Source: Adineta vaga (taxonomy: Eukaryota > Animalia > Rotifera). From it: DNA of 64,000 nt. The stretch's first letter is position 1; the number at the start of each line of letters is the position of its first letter. Location of the stretch: NCBI GenBank assembly GCA_021613535.1, contig CP075494.1, positions 10,044,001 to 10,108,000 on the forward strand. The letters run 5' to 3'. Position numbers and translations under genes: made by a program. The notes under the pieces are model-generated. The model ran no database searches, was not told the DNA's origin, and saw only the letters and a list, made by a program, of their open reading frames with translations. Below are positions 11,130 to 25,802 of this stretch, in pieces.

Positions 11130-11786
11130 CTAATATTCCATATGATCATTCGCTGATCTATGTACAGACATTTTTCTTGAATCGGATTTTTTCGGATCAA
11201 GATCATCAGCACCACTAACATATTGAGGTACTAATACATCTATTAAGGATTTAAAACGTACTTCACCACAAGCATTCTTTTGTATAATATCATTTTCCAA
11301 TCTTTGTAATTCATATAATAGTTTCCAATCGAGAGGTGTTGCTCGTAAATCCATTGTTTCTACTAATTTTCGATAGAGATTAAGACAATTGATTTTACAA
11401 ATATATGGTTCATCTCGTGCGATACTTATCAAAAGTTCACGTATTTCATGAAAATCAAGCTTTTTCGTCGGAGAAGAAGTATTTGTTATTGTTGATCTTT
11501 GAAGAGTTTTTCTTCGTTGAGCACTCCTAGTTGTTTCTAATGGAACTGATACTTCAAATGGTGCTATGTTTTCTGAATGATAAACATCCGTATGAGATCG
11601 AACAGTGCCAACACTAGTTGTCGGACGTTTTGGAATATACGATGGTTGATTGAGAGTCGACGATCGACGGACACCACCGCTCGTCGTAGGACGTTGTTTA
11701 AGAGATGATGGTTGATTTTTCGTAGAAGTGTGACGAACAACTCGAGCATTTGCTGATTGTGCACGATTTACTACTAAGGTACTCAT
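11130..11786 (-). CDS. Hypothetical protein (basic S/T/R-rich N-half, helical C-half)
   Basis: Intronless 218-codon ORF from ATG at 11786; internal duplication NQPSSLKQRPTTSGGVRRS / NQPSYIPKRPTTSVGTVRS. Confidence 0.6.
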   Translation of the reverse strand: MSTLVVNRAQSANARVVRHTSTKNQPSSLKQRPTTSGGVRRSSTLNQPSYIPKRPTTSVGTVRSHTDVYHSENIAPFEVSVPLETTRSAQRRKTLQRSTITNTSSPTKKLDFHEIRELLISIARDEPYICKINCLNLYRKLVETMDLRATPLDWKLLYELQRLENDIIQKNACGEVRFKSLIDVLVPQYVSGADDLDPKKSDSRKMSVHRSANDHMEY

Positions 11787-12353
11787 TATTCCGTTAATAA
11801 TCAATGAAATAAAAACGTTTGACGAATTTATATATATATATATATGTGAATTATTTTCGAGTAGAAGAAAATTTGTCAGCGATGTTATGAAAAAATAATG
11901 TTCTGAAATTTTGTCTGTGAGCTATAAAGAAAAAATCAGAAGCGAAAAAAAAGAAGTGAGTACACATTTCAAGTGAAGTATATCGTTCGTTGTGAAAACA
12001 TGATCTTAAAAGCATAATTAAAGATGTGGAGAAAATATTAAATTGAAGGCGTAGCAGATGAATAGTAGTTTCGTTTTTGTTTTTATCCTACTCAATTAAC
12101 AATAAACACTTTTCTCTCGTCTGTTATTCTTATAATTAGAAGTCAGTGTAAAGCAAATCTGACACTTTTTTACACTTTCTATTGATTCGATGCCCGAATG
12201 AAGCCTTTCATCAATAATCGACATAAACAAATCTTAGTAACGAAGAAGATAGAAATAATAACTGTAAGGTCTTATTATTAGAGATTTTCATCACGAAAAA
12301 GTATTTAGCTTTCTTTTTATGAAAGAAAAAACAGTACTACATAAAACCGATAA

Positions 12354-13331
12354 TCAATCAATTTTTATCAAATGTTCATTAGTCACGGATTGATGTGATG
12401 TTGGACATCGATGGTATTGATTAACATAATCGTTAATACATTGATGACAATAGACATAACCAGATCCAAGTATTACTGTTGGTATGTGACATGGCTGTCG
12501 ACATAAAGGACACTGGCGTTTATTTCCTATTTTGTTCGTGATTGGTAATGATAATTTAGTGAGATTCTCAGTTGAGTTTTGTTCGGTGCGATGAGCACCA
12601 TTCCACCAATCGATTAACTGAATAACAAATAATCCATATGTAATAATTTGACTAATTCTTGATATAAATTGACTAGTAGACGAAGGTAATGTTGTCACAT
12701 TAGGTGATGGATCTCTTGCATATGTTAATTTAACATTTGCTAATTGAAGACTTGGACTATAATATCTCGTTAGACCAAATGCATAACCTATTCGATACAG
12801 CCAACATATACCTTCGAGGAATATCTACAATAAAAACCAATTGATTATTCTTTCGAAAATTAGGAGAAATTAATAATTCACTTGAATTTTAGGTAAAAGT
12901 TGAAGAAACAAATAATACGTAGCATGTTGATTTGTATTGTTCACACGCATTTGTTGATGTAAAGAATCCAGTTTTAATTTAATATATGGTAAAAAAACGG
13001 AAAAAATAAGAGAACGTAATCGATGATTTGCTGTACGTTTTAAACCATAAAAATGTTCACCGACAAGAGCAGAATGACAATGAAGATAAAACCATTGAAG
13101 AATACCTTCGATAAGTAAGATAAATTCATCTTTGTATTGATATAAAAGTTTCAATAAATTTGATAGTGGATGAATTCGTCGTAAGAATTTGACAACATGT
13201 GTAAAACAAGGTCGAATGAGATTAGTAAAACGTTCTTGTGCTAATAATTCTGATGTACTTGGTAAGATTGGTAAAAGTGTAGTGGAAGAAGATGTGAAAT
13301 CAAGTGAAAATGGAATAGTTGATGACGACAT
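12354..13331 (-). CDS. PEX12: Peroxin-12 (RING E3 ligase subunit), 2 exons
   Basis: PSTSELLAQ, GEHFYGLKR, LPYIKLKLD, IQLIDWW, C-terminal CPLC...SGYVYCHQCI...RCPTS. Confidence 0.9.
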
Positions 13332-14613
13332 GTTTTTTTAATATTATAGATAAAAACAATAATAAACTGAAACTAATCAGTTCTCTATATCAAACAATTA
13401 TCGATAGTTTTCATTCAAACCAAATCAAACAAAAGTGTTTCAATTTCTATTTTCCATCATTTAATATGATTTGTTGTTATGGATTACTCTTTCTATCATC
13501 GACTATGTAGATGGTGTTAGTAAACAATACCATACTCATCACTATAGAATACATACAGTCTCTATATATGATTGCCTATAGTTTTATCATAAAATCTTAT
13601 TCATATATTTTCTTTGTCGCTTAATTTATCAAAAAAGACAGATTATCTAAATCAAAAAGTATATAAAGAGTATTACATAAGAACAAACTTGTCTACACCG
13701 AATCGCATTTTCAAGGATTCTATTGAGAAAACTCTCGTCATTGTTTTCCATGAAATTTACTAGACATAATGAAAATGACTGTTAAATCTTTGTGAAATTT
13801 GGTAATCACAAGAAATTCAACTTGCATACATTTTTTTTGTATTTTACATCATATTCCTTTTCGCAGCGCCGATCAAATGTATGAATGTATCAGTTTTTTC
13901 CTAAGTAAACTTTCCAAACAGTTCTATCATGAAGTGTATAGTGTTCCTTACATATTGTATTATTTATTTTTTTCCTCATATTTATACGATGTAACATAAT
14001 AGGATTTGTATGAAGTTATTGAATAAACTAAATGATTTCGTAGTTTTGAATTTTCTTCTAGAAAATGTGTCGTTTCGAAAGTATTGATGCTACAGGTGAC
14101 AATATCATATCAGCTTATTTCATAAATAGTTAAATTCAATTTATCGTTGCTTAGCGTTAATAAAATTGAAATAAATTTGATTAATATTATACATATACGT
14201 ATGTACCAGTAAAACAATAATCTCTGTATTCGGAAGAAGTAGTAAAAGGTTAAGATTACAATGCACTATGATAGTTCGTTAGAGCAAATCATCATTTTCA
14301 TTCCATTTAGTTATTTCTCCAATGAAGATTACCAAAATAGAGCGATAAGTATTTGGTTACGAATTATTTACTAGAAAAGATGTGTAATCTATTTTATCGA
14401 AGTTGTTCAACTGGATGCTCTTAGGCGACATCTCGTCTTATATAACAGTATAAATATTTCTGAATGCTTTTCTTCGCCAATAATAAGCAGATAATAAAAA
14501 AAGTAATTTGATTGTTCATTTTATCTCACAAATTTCATGATATTCAAATTAATATTTCTAACAACATGAATCTTTAACTGTTTTGTGTATCTTTATAAAA
14601 AAATAACTAAGAT

Positions 14614-16340
14614 ATGAACATAGTAAGTTTATTGAAGTAGTTTATTCATATTTTACGATGATCATTATTCTATTAGATAAGAAAGATTCAACCGAGAGAT
14701 GTAATCGATGAAGCCAGTCGTTTAAAACAATTTTCATGGGAGCAATGGGATAATGAATTTCTTGTTGTTATTTTTCGGTATGTAGACACCAATTGACAAG
14801 GCGAACCGTAAAATACATACATGTTTTTGTTGCTAGGCCGGGCAAGAATGGTCTTGATCGTTATGTTCTTAAACGTTACGCTGAATGTGTTTTATCAAAT
14901 TCTGAACGATGGAAAAGGTTATCTTTCTATTTCTCACAAATATCATTCTCAATTCGTGCATACGCATTAACAGCAAATGAAATTGAACTACTACGAGAAA
15001 TTTTTAAAGAACATCTAGATGATAAATCAAATATACGTATCTCATCATCGACTGATGTATTGATTGGTTATGAAGATATACTCGATCTAATTTCTCTTGC
15101 TGAACAATCAGCTAATTTTAATCCAAATCCTATTAATTATAATTCTCTGGCGTATAGAAAAGTACCATTCATACCAATTGTTAGATCGAATTATACTTTA
15201 CCTTTAGCGGCCAAAGTTCCCGTCTCTCTTCCATCTACATCTGCTAAATCGGAAGCATCTTCAGTAACATCTTCACCAAGTGTATCAACATCAACATCAA
15301 CATCAACATCAACATCAACATCAACAACAACAACAACATCAACACCATTACTACCACTGTCACAAGTACCCAAGCCTCAAGGCCCTATTATGATAATAAA
15401 TGCTAATCAACTTTCTCAAATTTCTACATTCGCTTGCAAACTTTCAATACCCGCTGACCTTAATATCGAATCGTTTACAAATGCAAGAATCGACGCCACT
15501 GGTTGGGTACAAATCAACAATGTTTATTTACCATTCGTTATAAAAAATCGACAACGACTGATTCCTCATCAAATTCTTATTGCATGTAAAATTCTTGAAG
15601 CTGATGAATTACGTTCAATATTAATACGTGCATCATCAGCCGATATTACCTTACTCAATTCAATGATACGTGAATGTCAAATCAATAATGAAAAAATTCC
15701 TCAAAATGCTTTATTAATCAATGCTCGTCATGTTCTTATCGGTACAAATAAACTTGTATATATGAAAATCTTACCGAAAGATATTCCGACATCGAAAATC
15801 AATCGTCAATATAAAAGTGTTTTAGCTTCGAAAGGTGGTTCATTATCTATTGCGACACGTCTCTTTCCATTTGTTTGTACAAGTCATCATACTTATGTTC
15901 CACTCGATGATCTTTTAAATAGTTATCCAAATTTCTATACACAATTAAAAGCATTAGCTCGTGTACCACGTTCCAATGAATTAGATTATTTACAATTAGT
16001 TCAACTATATCATAATGAAAAACAATTACCATTAGATACATTGATAATTGATGTAGAAGATTTAAAACAAGTTCAGATCACTTCATCAAAAACTATACCA
16101 TTAACTGAGTATCATCAATCAGAAAAAAGTAAACTTGAACAACAAATCAAATATTTGAATACGACTGCAACAACAAACAAACGAAAACAGCCAGATATTC
16201 CAGATGAGAATAATCAAATACAACAGAAACTAAAAACATCAAACTCAATTCTACCATTAAAAATCACTCTACTTCGTCCATCAACATCTGAAAATCAAAA
16301 GCCTTCCACGGATAGTACACATCATGGAAATGTACGTTGA
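14614..16340 (+). CDS. Hypothetical protein with three copies of an unnamed domain, 3 exons
   Basis: ATG at 14614 splices in frame (14614-14622, 14677-14777, 14837-16340) into the long ORF; S/T linker; C-terminal KRK basic patch. Confidence 0.7.
15286..15343 (+). repeat. Coding (TCAACA)n/(ACA)n microsatellite giving STSTSTSTSTTTTTST
   Basis: Direct tandem repeats in the sequence. Confidence 0.85.
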
Positions 16341-16668
16341 CAATAATAAGCAGAGTACATATTTTTTTTTGTATTCTAAATAATTCATCTTATTCTTCTT
16401 TGTCTTTATTATATTAGTAGTCTTGATATTTTGTCTTTTGTTTCGACTCCACAGGAGTTCAATGCTTATGTATAAAATAAATTTACTGTTTTTAAGACAA
16501 TACTCACAAGATCATCATATTCCTTATCGAGATAGCAACGTGAAGATGGTCATATCTAATTCTTTTTGTTTTGCTATATTATTATATTTGAAAAAAGTTC
16601 AAATTCAAAAAATATATAGATACTAAATGAAGAATAATATGAATACACTTGTAACTGTCATTTTGTCT

Positions 16669-19028
16669 TTATTTCCTCGGCCAATATCTTGGCGTAGGCA
16701 CATCAGTTAAAGTAACTAATTGCGGTTTCCCGTTGCCTGTTCGTTCATCATAATCAAGTTTATTACGTGCAAATATCAATCGTATATCCGAATGCATATA
16801 AAGTTTACCCGTTTGTGATGTAACAAAACTAGTATGAAAAGAAAGATTTATTCTTGAAATAAACTAAGAAAAATTCAACATACCGAATATGAGCTAAATA
16901 TCGTAAATTTTCTTTTGATGTCGATTTATCTGTTTTATGATGAGTACTATTTTCTGGCATGAGAACAATTCGTTGACGAATAAATGTTCGATGATCAGCT
17001 GGCATATCACTGAAATCATAAACAACTAGAAATAGGTGAATTGCTGTTCCATTTGGATTTAATAATGCTAAAGTTATTGTTCCTTTTGTTGGAGTATGAT
17101 AACCACGTTTTGGTAAAGATTGTAAATTAATAAAACCCTATGCGATAATAATTGATAATTCACGATGAAATTAATTGGAAGTGTTATTCTTACGAGATAA
17201 GGTGAAGCTGCTTGATGTTCGGATGTATTAAACCAAAATGTTGTGACAGGTAACACAGCTTGTTTAGGTAAGAAGAGTCCACTTGCACCTAATTTAATTG
17301 TAAAACCGTCTAGTATACCACAAGGAAGAATTTTTCCATTCAATAAAGATTCCTGTTTTTTTTTATAGAGATAGAATTAGGAAATAATTATCGATGAAAT
17401 TACTTACGATAAAATTAACGCGTAAAGAATTGAATGTTTCTGTTACAGACTTGTCATGTGTTCCATTTACACCGGATCGAGCTGTAGATAGTACTACTTC
17501 ATGTTCATCGTCAGCTTCGAATACACTGTATGATAAAGCACTAGAACAAGAGGATAACAAGTTGATTTATTGTTGAACTCAAAGTATTGAATGACTTATC
17601 GTATACCTTCGAAATAAACGTGGATTTACAGTTCGTTTTGCTAGAGGAGAATCACAATATCCCTGAGTTCTGGATGAAAGTTTCATTAAATTCTGAAAAA
17701 AACGCAAAATTATATAGAGATGGTTTTGTTTTTTATCAAAACATAACATACTGGTTTTGTCACCGGGGATGAAATACTGTTCAGATTAATTCTATTTTGA
17801 TAAAGAACTCGAATAGCTTTTAGTTTCGATCGTTTGAAATCAATATCTTCAGGTTGGGATATTCTTAATTCATTCTAAAAGGAATCAATTGAATCAATTC
17901 TATTCAATACAAGTATACTTACACTTTTTGTATCATTTTCTTGATATTTCATTTGTACTTTAACTTTATCGGTTGGACTCATAATAAAATGTTCTAAAGA
18001 TTTTTTTTGATTCATTGTCGATTGTTCATTAATATGTAGTAATTTATCGATGGCGGGTGTCGAGAGACTATTCTCTGGAAATGTATCAGGTGATAAATCA
18101 CATGGTCGAAAACGATTTTTTTGAGAATTATTGATTGAACATTGACAAAGAGGAGAATTTCGAGAACTATCATCTGTTTCATCGTCATTTACTAATCCTT
18201 TTGGTTGTTGAATAGCAATTGGTAAACTTCTTGGTCGTTGATTCTGTTGTAAGGATAATACATTCAAGGATACAATTGTAGCTTGAGAATCATCATCAGT
18301 ATCACTGGAAACTTGATTATTAATGATACATTTTCGACAGAAAGAAGGTGAATTAATCTTTGAAATAGGTTCGGAAGAAAAAAATGAACTTGATGTTGAA
18401 CTCGAAGATGATGGTGGTGATGAAATAATATCTTGATCAAATGATGATTGCTTTTGTCGATGTAAACTACCGAATTGATCAACTAGATTACAATTAGGAA
18501 TGATAATTGAATTTGAAGAGGATGAAAATAAATGATCAGGTATTGAATTTAATGATGAATCATAACCCGATGATGAAGATGAAAGTATTGGAATTTCAGA
18601 TGCATTCATATGATGAGAATCGCTACTGTTTGAACATAAATCAAATGAAGAACGAGAAGATAATGATGAATCGGAATAGTATGTTGTCAATGGTGAAGCT
18701 TTGACTAGATGATGATCATTATCTAAATAATATAAAAACAAAGAATTTTAAACTATTTCTCAATCAGATTCTCTATACCTGAAGACGACCAAATCGAATC
18801 AATTGATTCATTTGTTTGTTGTGATGCTTGATTCATTGTTGCAATTGTTGTAGTTAAATTTTCTGTTGATGATAGTTTCAGGCGATGATATCGATTTGAT
18901 ATGGTAACTAGATTATTTGTTTGTCTTTTCAACAGATTTTTTCGTTTCGATAAATCAATTTGTATGACATCACGTTCATCAGTTAATGAATGTTCGCTAG
19001 TAGATGCCGACGTTGTTGAATCTAACAT
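16669..19028 (-). CDS. FAM214A: FAM214/ATOS family protein (DUF4210 plus Chromosome_seg domain)
   Basis: SFEESLLNG...GFTIKLGASGLFLP...SPYLG; NPNGT...VYDFSDMPADHRTFIRQR...LRYLAHIRF...GKLYMHSDIRLIF; Ser-rich N-half; the 5' start is uncertain. Confidence 0.88.
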
Positions 19029-19607
19029 CTGCTTTTATTAATAGAATAAATTATAGAAAAAACATTGATTTTATAATGTATTGAATCTCTCAATCATCAT
19101 AAACAACATTCTTCCATGTTCTATGATTAATCTAAAAATATCGAAGAAAAAGAACATTTTCGAAAGACTTGAGAACAGTTGCTTTGATTTAATTAACTTA
19201 AAAAGGAAACATTTCATTAAGAGTCTACTCAAAAAAACTGAATAAATTAATTGCATTGAACATTTTCATTTCTAAAATCAAAGGAAAAGTGTTTCCTTCT
19301 TACTTAAAATTTTTTCTATTCACATACCAGTCTAAAAGTCACGTCGAGTCGAAAGTGTCTCATCTGCCTCGATATTTAATCATTACAAACCGTTTTCAAC
19401 CAGACACATTACCATCGCAATTACAAGATCGCAATAAAAATGTACATAATTATATGTGCCTTTCTCTCTCTCTTTCTCTTCCTAATAGTCATTTGTGGTT
19501 TCTATTGAGAAATTGATAGGCCAAATTTTTTTGCGTTATTGCACTAGAACATCGACGTTAGTACGATAATATGTGATAAAAATAATAATAATAATAACAA
19601 CAACAAC

Positions 19608-19615
19608 TGACGTCA
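19608..19615. promoter_or_regulatory. Perfect CRE palindrome upstream of FAM214/ATOS
   Basis: TGACGTCA; another copy lies at 35981-35988. Confidence 0.3.
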
Positions 19616-22521
19616 ATTGATTCACTTTTTACTACCTGTCGAATGTCGGTTATATCAATTAAAGAATATTCAATGACCTATTCTTGTCTTTTGTTGACAA
19701 GATTAATGTTAGAACAAGAACACATTTTGAACGAATGAACATACATACATAAGAGGAAAAAAAAGAAAAGAAAAGAAGAAAGGGTGGAGTAAGTGAATGT
19801 ACGCAAATAAATTTAAGACGTCACCTTACGACGATGAGATGATAAAATAGAAGAAACAGAGGGAGAGAGAGAAAAAACGTATAATAGAGATTTATGTCGA
19901 TGTAACGTGTGGTTGCCGTAACAAATGTATTACTCGTCAACTGACACTCTACTAACAACATCTCATCAGATTTTTCTTTCTCTCTCGCTCTCTTTCTTTC
20001 ATGTATGCAAACATAACGGCAACGAACCTACATTGTTGCAACGATTCTTTTTTCTTTTCAAAACTTTCATGTACATATTTCTCAAATCATCATTGATTTT
20101 CTTTTTACATTTAGAACAACAGATTTATTAGATATATGTTTTTTTTTTCTTTATTTATTTTTATTTGCTTATACGATCGTAATTTGCCCTTGAGAGTAAC
20201 GATGATGACGACGTTTATTTTGGTGGTTATTCATGCTGATAATGGCATATCTGTATTTATAAATATATAAGATACAGAGATGAATATTGTCTATCGACAA
20301 GGCTAACGAAAAAACTTTCACTCGGAATCGAAAGGAGAATTTATTTATAAATCATTCAAGGATTTTTTTTGCCTCACTTGAACTTCATACTATTTCAAAA
20401 TATTTGAAATGAAAAGAATCTGTCAGAAGAAATAACACAAGAAAAATAAATGTACTTAAACTGTCACTTTCATCAGCTATATTCGAAAATGATAGACGAT
20501 ATATGTGTATATACATCTACCTATATTCAAAAAAAAAAGAAAACGTACAAATAATGTGTTCTAGATGGGCGAAGAAGAAAAAAAATATCATGACTAGATG
20601 TTTTTTCATTAAATCAAACTTATTTACCGTGTTTATTAATTATATCTGAAGAAAAAAAAACATGCAGACGTTGTTCCTTGTAACTTTAGTAATATTGCCT
20701 AACCAGAGTTGATGCTTTCTTTTTCTTTTCTACTATATAGATGATTACCATAAGAGCAAGCCTAGTTCTTTTCCTTCTTATAGTTGATGATTGATGAAGA
20801 ACTAGTAATTCATCTATGTTTTAGAAAACTGAGTGGCAACAAAGAAAATAGACGTTGTCTCTTACGTGAATGTTGTTTTGTGCAGTTAGATTTGAAATAC
20901 GTAAAAAAAAACACCTGCGTTGTTTTTATTTATATCTGAAGAAAGAGAGTATGAGTGCAGCACGTGTTCTCTGCGTGCGTTAAAAGACAAAGATGTATTT
21001 TGTGAGTATGAGTGACAAAAAATGCAAGAGAAATAAATATTCATTTAATAACAACAAAAACCAATTCAAGGTCATTGATAAAGCAAAAAGCTTATTGAAA
21101 AAAAAACCGACTGTTTATCAAAAATGCGGAGGAATTACCGTTTCTCTTAAACATAACTTAGTTACGTATATTACTTAACAAGAGAATAAAAAATTCTATC
21201 AATAATTGCGTGAGATGTCGTAAATCTTTTGAGAATAACATCGAAAAGAAATGTTCGGTTAACAAATAATATTCATTGATTATTAAAGAGATTTTCATAT
21301 ATACGATATTTATAGATCGAATCTTTTTGGATGGATAATATTTGTTATCTCGGATGATATTGCAGTTGTTGAGAAAAAGAAAAGATAATTTCTGTTTTAT
21401 GAGTTTTTTTTATCTCAACTTTGGATCAAAATAATTGAATACACGTACCTTTGTAATTCATGGGATTTCTGTTCGTATAATTATCTATAAAACATAAAAA
21501 CATACGAAATATAATTATTGAGTAGAAGAAATGACTTATATGATCTCATGTTAGAAGATAAGCATATATATATATATATATTCGATCAACCATAAGGGAG
21601 CTAAGTGGAAACAACAGAAATAGGGATGGCATTTGAACGGATGATAATGTTAATTATGTAATAGAATGATTGATTGTCTGAAGATAACTAGAAAGGAACT
21701 ACTTACGAGTTTATTTATCATTCTAAAATGTCCTCAATTTATTGATTATTTTATTTGCAGAATACAAAACTAGAGCGACAAACATCAATATGTTGATTTG
21801 CGTTCTTTTTTTTCCATTAATAGAATTTCATTTACAAGAATCAAAAAATATCAACGAGGGGGAGCAAGAAAATTTATGGGTCGAACAAATATGCCTGAGC
21901 AAAACATTTGATTATAGTTGTCAATCAATCAGCTGATAAACTTGTCAAAATTATATGGTTGGGCAAAATGAAATTACGTCGTAAATCTATCGACAAGTAG
22001 CGACATCGACATGAACTCATTCAGTTACTTAAATACTAATCCTCTCCGTCCTTTAGGCATACTCGAAGCAATTCATCAAAGTATTCATTATATACAAAAT
22101 ATAGGGCTATCGAATTATCCGTCATGCTTCAGTTATTCTTGAACACATTCATGCTCCATAGGAAAGGGTCATATGTACTAGGATTGAAACAAAGGTTTGA
22201 TGTGTTGTTTTTATTGCTGCCATTATCTTTCTTTTAACTGAGATATGCTCTCATATGTCAAAGTTTATTTCAAATGGCATAGTAGAAGAGAAAAGTGTCG
22301 AATTTTCCTGCATTTACCTCGCTAACAGTGTTTGCGGTATTAGTTTATTTTAGCAGATATTAATTTTGTGTCGCTATACTTCAATCACTGTCGTTCGTCA
22401 TTCATGCAAGAATCAAAAGAAAACGTAATATTTTCAATAAACTGGAAAAAATTAATATATGTTCATTCCACCAAAAAATGTGTCAAATAGTCGAATAATT
22501 TTAAAATTACCATCATATTAT

Positions 22522-23484
22522 TTATAGATTCTGGACTATGATCCCTACTCGAGCTTGAGATCGAAATGTACATTTTCTAAAAATCTTTCCAAGATCAGGT
22601 ACATTTGTTAGACAAACATACGGTAATAAGAAAATAGTATAATAGGAAAGAAAGAAGAATGCTGGCAAAAAGTGTTCACCCCAATCAGCTGAACTAAATA
22701 AACGAACTGTATAGACAATCGTAAGTGGAAGAGTAAATGTCGTATACAATAAAGATAATGCGATCATTTGTATGGCTAATTTTCTTTGCTTTTTCCATTG
22801 AACAATTCCATGTACACGATGTTTCTGTCGAATAACACGAACTAATAGTGCCATATTAAATAAAGCAATAAGAAGAATAGATGTAACACCAAAAATAAGT
22901 TGTTCGACAATCATGAAAAATGGCAATGTACCATAGCATGCATGTGTACCACATAAATCTGATGTATAATCAAATACACTTTCACAAATTGGTGCAAAAA
23001 TTGCTATACTGTAAAAGATACTCATCAATATTAAGATTGTTAATATAGGAAGATAATGAAAAATCCAACGTTTTCGTTTACTTGTGACCAATTGTGATTG
23101 AAATATAAGAATATGTCGTTCAAATGATGCGAATACGAGTAAAACTGCGATAGTATAATAGAAACCCCAATCAATAAACCACCAGATAAGACAAAGGCTA
23201 GGTGTTGATGGAGAAGTCTTACCTTTATGAAAGAATTCCAGATGAAATGGGATATCGATCGATTGATAAACAAATGCGAGTAAAAGTATAATAATTGGTA
23301 TATGATTGTGAAGAGCATTTCTTAAGTGTCGTTTTGTTAACAAATGATATAAGACAAAGATCGTACAAAGAAGTGCACATATATCTGATATGAGAAATAA
23401 GCAAAATTTAATATTTGATGCTATTTCATGACTTGAATCGGTTAAATACCAGAGAGATGTGGTATTTTCCAATGATGTTGTCAT
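22522..23484 (-). CDS. Rhodopsin-like 7TM GPCR (orphan)
   Basis: Intronless 320 aa; seven hydrophobic segments, TM3 Cys, ASFERH (DRY variant), LLPYVCL in TM7. Confidence 0.85.
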   Translation of the reverse strand: MTTSLENTTSLWYLTDSSHEIASNIKFCLFLISDICALLCTIFVLYHLLTKRHLRNALHNHIPIIILLLAFVYQSIDIPFHLEFFHKGKTSPSTPSLCLIWWFIDWGFYYTIAVLLVFASFERHILIFQSQLVTSKRKRWIFHYLPILTILILMSIFYSIAIFAPICESVFDYTSDLCGTHACYGTLPFFMIVEQLIFGVTSILLIALFNMALLVRVIRQKHRVHGIVQWKKQRKLAIQMIALSLLYTTFTLPLTIVYTVRLFSSADWGEHFLPAFFFLSYYTIFLLPYVCLTNVPDLGKIFRKCTFRSQARVGIIVQNL

Positions 23485-23896
23485 TAAGTTTATTGCATAT
23501 GTTCCAAGAAAGGACTAATAAATTCTGTGTAATAAGATAATCATAGAAAAATTTAGTTATAAAAGTTGATCAGAAGAGAATTATGTGCAATTTAACATCA
23601 CACGATTGTTCTATGAAAAGAAAAGATTATTTTTCTTCTCGGGATAATAAAGTATGTTGTCAACGTTACCAGATTTATCTTATATAATTAAAAATAAAAT
23701 AAACGGATATTAAGTGCAGTAAAAAACAGAGTTTATTTAAAGAGCTCTTTCCTTTTATCTGTCAATGATGGCTCGGTTATCAAACTAATAAAAACGGAGA
23801 AGAATACATCATATCTGGTTTTGATTTTTGAATATTCATCTATTTATTTAACATAAAGATAAAGTACAATGAATCTGTTCATGTGTAAAATGACAT

Positions 23897-25802
23897 TCAT
23901 GCTCGCATTGGTACTTTTGGTAAACTCCATCCCATATGTTTTAAAAGCAATTTCAATTGTTGACTTTTCAAATCAAAAATTGGTGAATATGGTTGTGGAT
24001 TAGTTCGTATCCACCAATTTTTCTCTCCACTTTTCATATCAGTAAATTTATAACGATATAATTCAGCTTTAATAAATCGAGGTGGTGCATCTGGAAACGG
24101 ATTTCCTTCACCATTAGAAAGAACAACATTCACTGGTGAATATTGATCTGAGGCCAATAGATGTGCCATTAAATGAATTAACCAAGGATTATATTGTAAA
24201 TTCTGCATAGCAGCAAACCTATCAATAAGAAAAACATATGAAGAATATATTACAAACAATCAAATAGATTCCTACCATAATTGCCATGTTAATCTTCGAT
24301 GATAAGGTGCACTGAAACAAGGTGCTTTATCGATTCTTCCAGGTTTACAACTAAATTCATATTCTAACCAAGCATTATCATAATTACATTGTTCAATAGA
24401 TGTTCGATTGCAACCACTTATAATAACTTCATCACGAATTTTTCCCACACTACCAAATGCTCCATATGTATTAACAAGATTCAATCGATCAAAACTCGAA
24501 TTCATTCGTTGAGAACGTGAAAATAAATTTAATACTGGATCAATACTTAAATAAATAACTATACTAAATACAACTAATTTTATGATCGTTTGTAAATATT
24601 TCATTCGTCGTCGAATACTATTTGTGATTGTTTCATTCGAAATTCGACGTCGTCGAAAGATGTATTTATATAAAATATATGAATCATCTAAACACCATAA
24701 TGCCGGTCCAATAGTTATCCAATTAAGAACACTTAGATTGCCACTGATAATTAAAAGAATTTGAAAGAGAATTTGTAAAGAACCACCAATATGTCGAACG
24801 CAACGCCATGGACCAAAACATAAAAATGGAACAAATAACTCAATGAAATGATTGACAAGTACTTCGAATTTATGAAAGAAAACCGGACTTTGATGAAGAT
24901 AATAGGAAATTGGATTCGGAATTGGCTGCGTTTCATAATGATACTGCATACATGTCACTAGAAAGGAAAAAAACGTAATGTTATACTAGCTATAAAATAA
25001 AAGATAAATGAAAGATGTACAATCTCTCCAACATTGATCTCCACGTATTTTAATTAATCCAGCACCAAGCATAATTCGTGCAATAAGAAATCTCATTAAG
25101 AATATAAACAAAATACTTGGTGGACTATGTCGATTAATTTTTGCTAAACTATAAAATGGAACGAGAAACATTCCGAGAAATGTTGTTTCAAGAATTTGTG
25201 TTTCCCATCCATATCTATCAGACAAAAAACGAAATTTTTCATGATAAAATTCTTTTTTTTTATCTATACCCATAAAATAATTGTCCAATGTTATGTAGAC
25301 TAGTATGAAGACACCAAAGTATAAATAGAATAATTGAATTACATCGTCCGGTAAATAATAAAAATAATCCAAGAAAAGTTCCTAAACTATTTACAAGACG
25401 TAATGAAGAATCTGATGTATCCATTGATGGAAGAAAATAGAAGATCGATGGTGATTGCCAAATACCATAACGTTCTTTCATTCGTTTCATATGAATATGT
25501 GCTGGATGGAGACCTTGATAACCGATGAGAATAGGTGTTTGATGATAAGCTGCAAGAAAACTAAAGGTGTATACAAGACCAAGTAAACGAATAAAGATAA
25601 TTCGAGTATAAAAATATGTATTTGATGAGATTTGATCGAGAAAGATTTTTCGAAGAGAATTCGTCAGAGTCTTTTCTTCTACGGGCATTGTATCAGTTGA
25701 ATTCTTGCGTTTTTCATTGATAATGGATGGCTTCGTTATGGTTGGAATTGAACCTTTCTCATCGATCTTTTCAGCGTGACTTTTTCGATGTGTTAGTTCC
25801 AT
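23897..25802 (-). CDS. LMF1: Lipase maturation factor, 4 exons
   Basis: LIGYQGLHPA, GQLFYGYGWETQILETTFL, GAGLIKIRGDQCWRDLTCMQYHYETQPIPNP, NTYGAFG, APYHRRLTWQLWFAA. Confidence 0.93.

Noticed and set aside
14065-14380. ATG with donor- and acceptor-like sites upstream of the 14614 gene
   Set aside because: The obvious splice gives a stop within a few codons; cannot support a CDS
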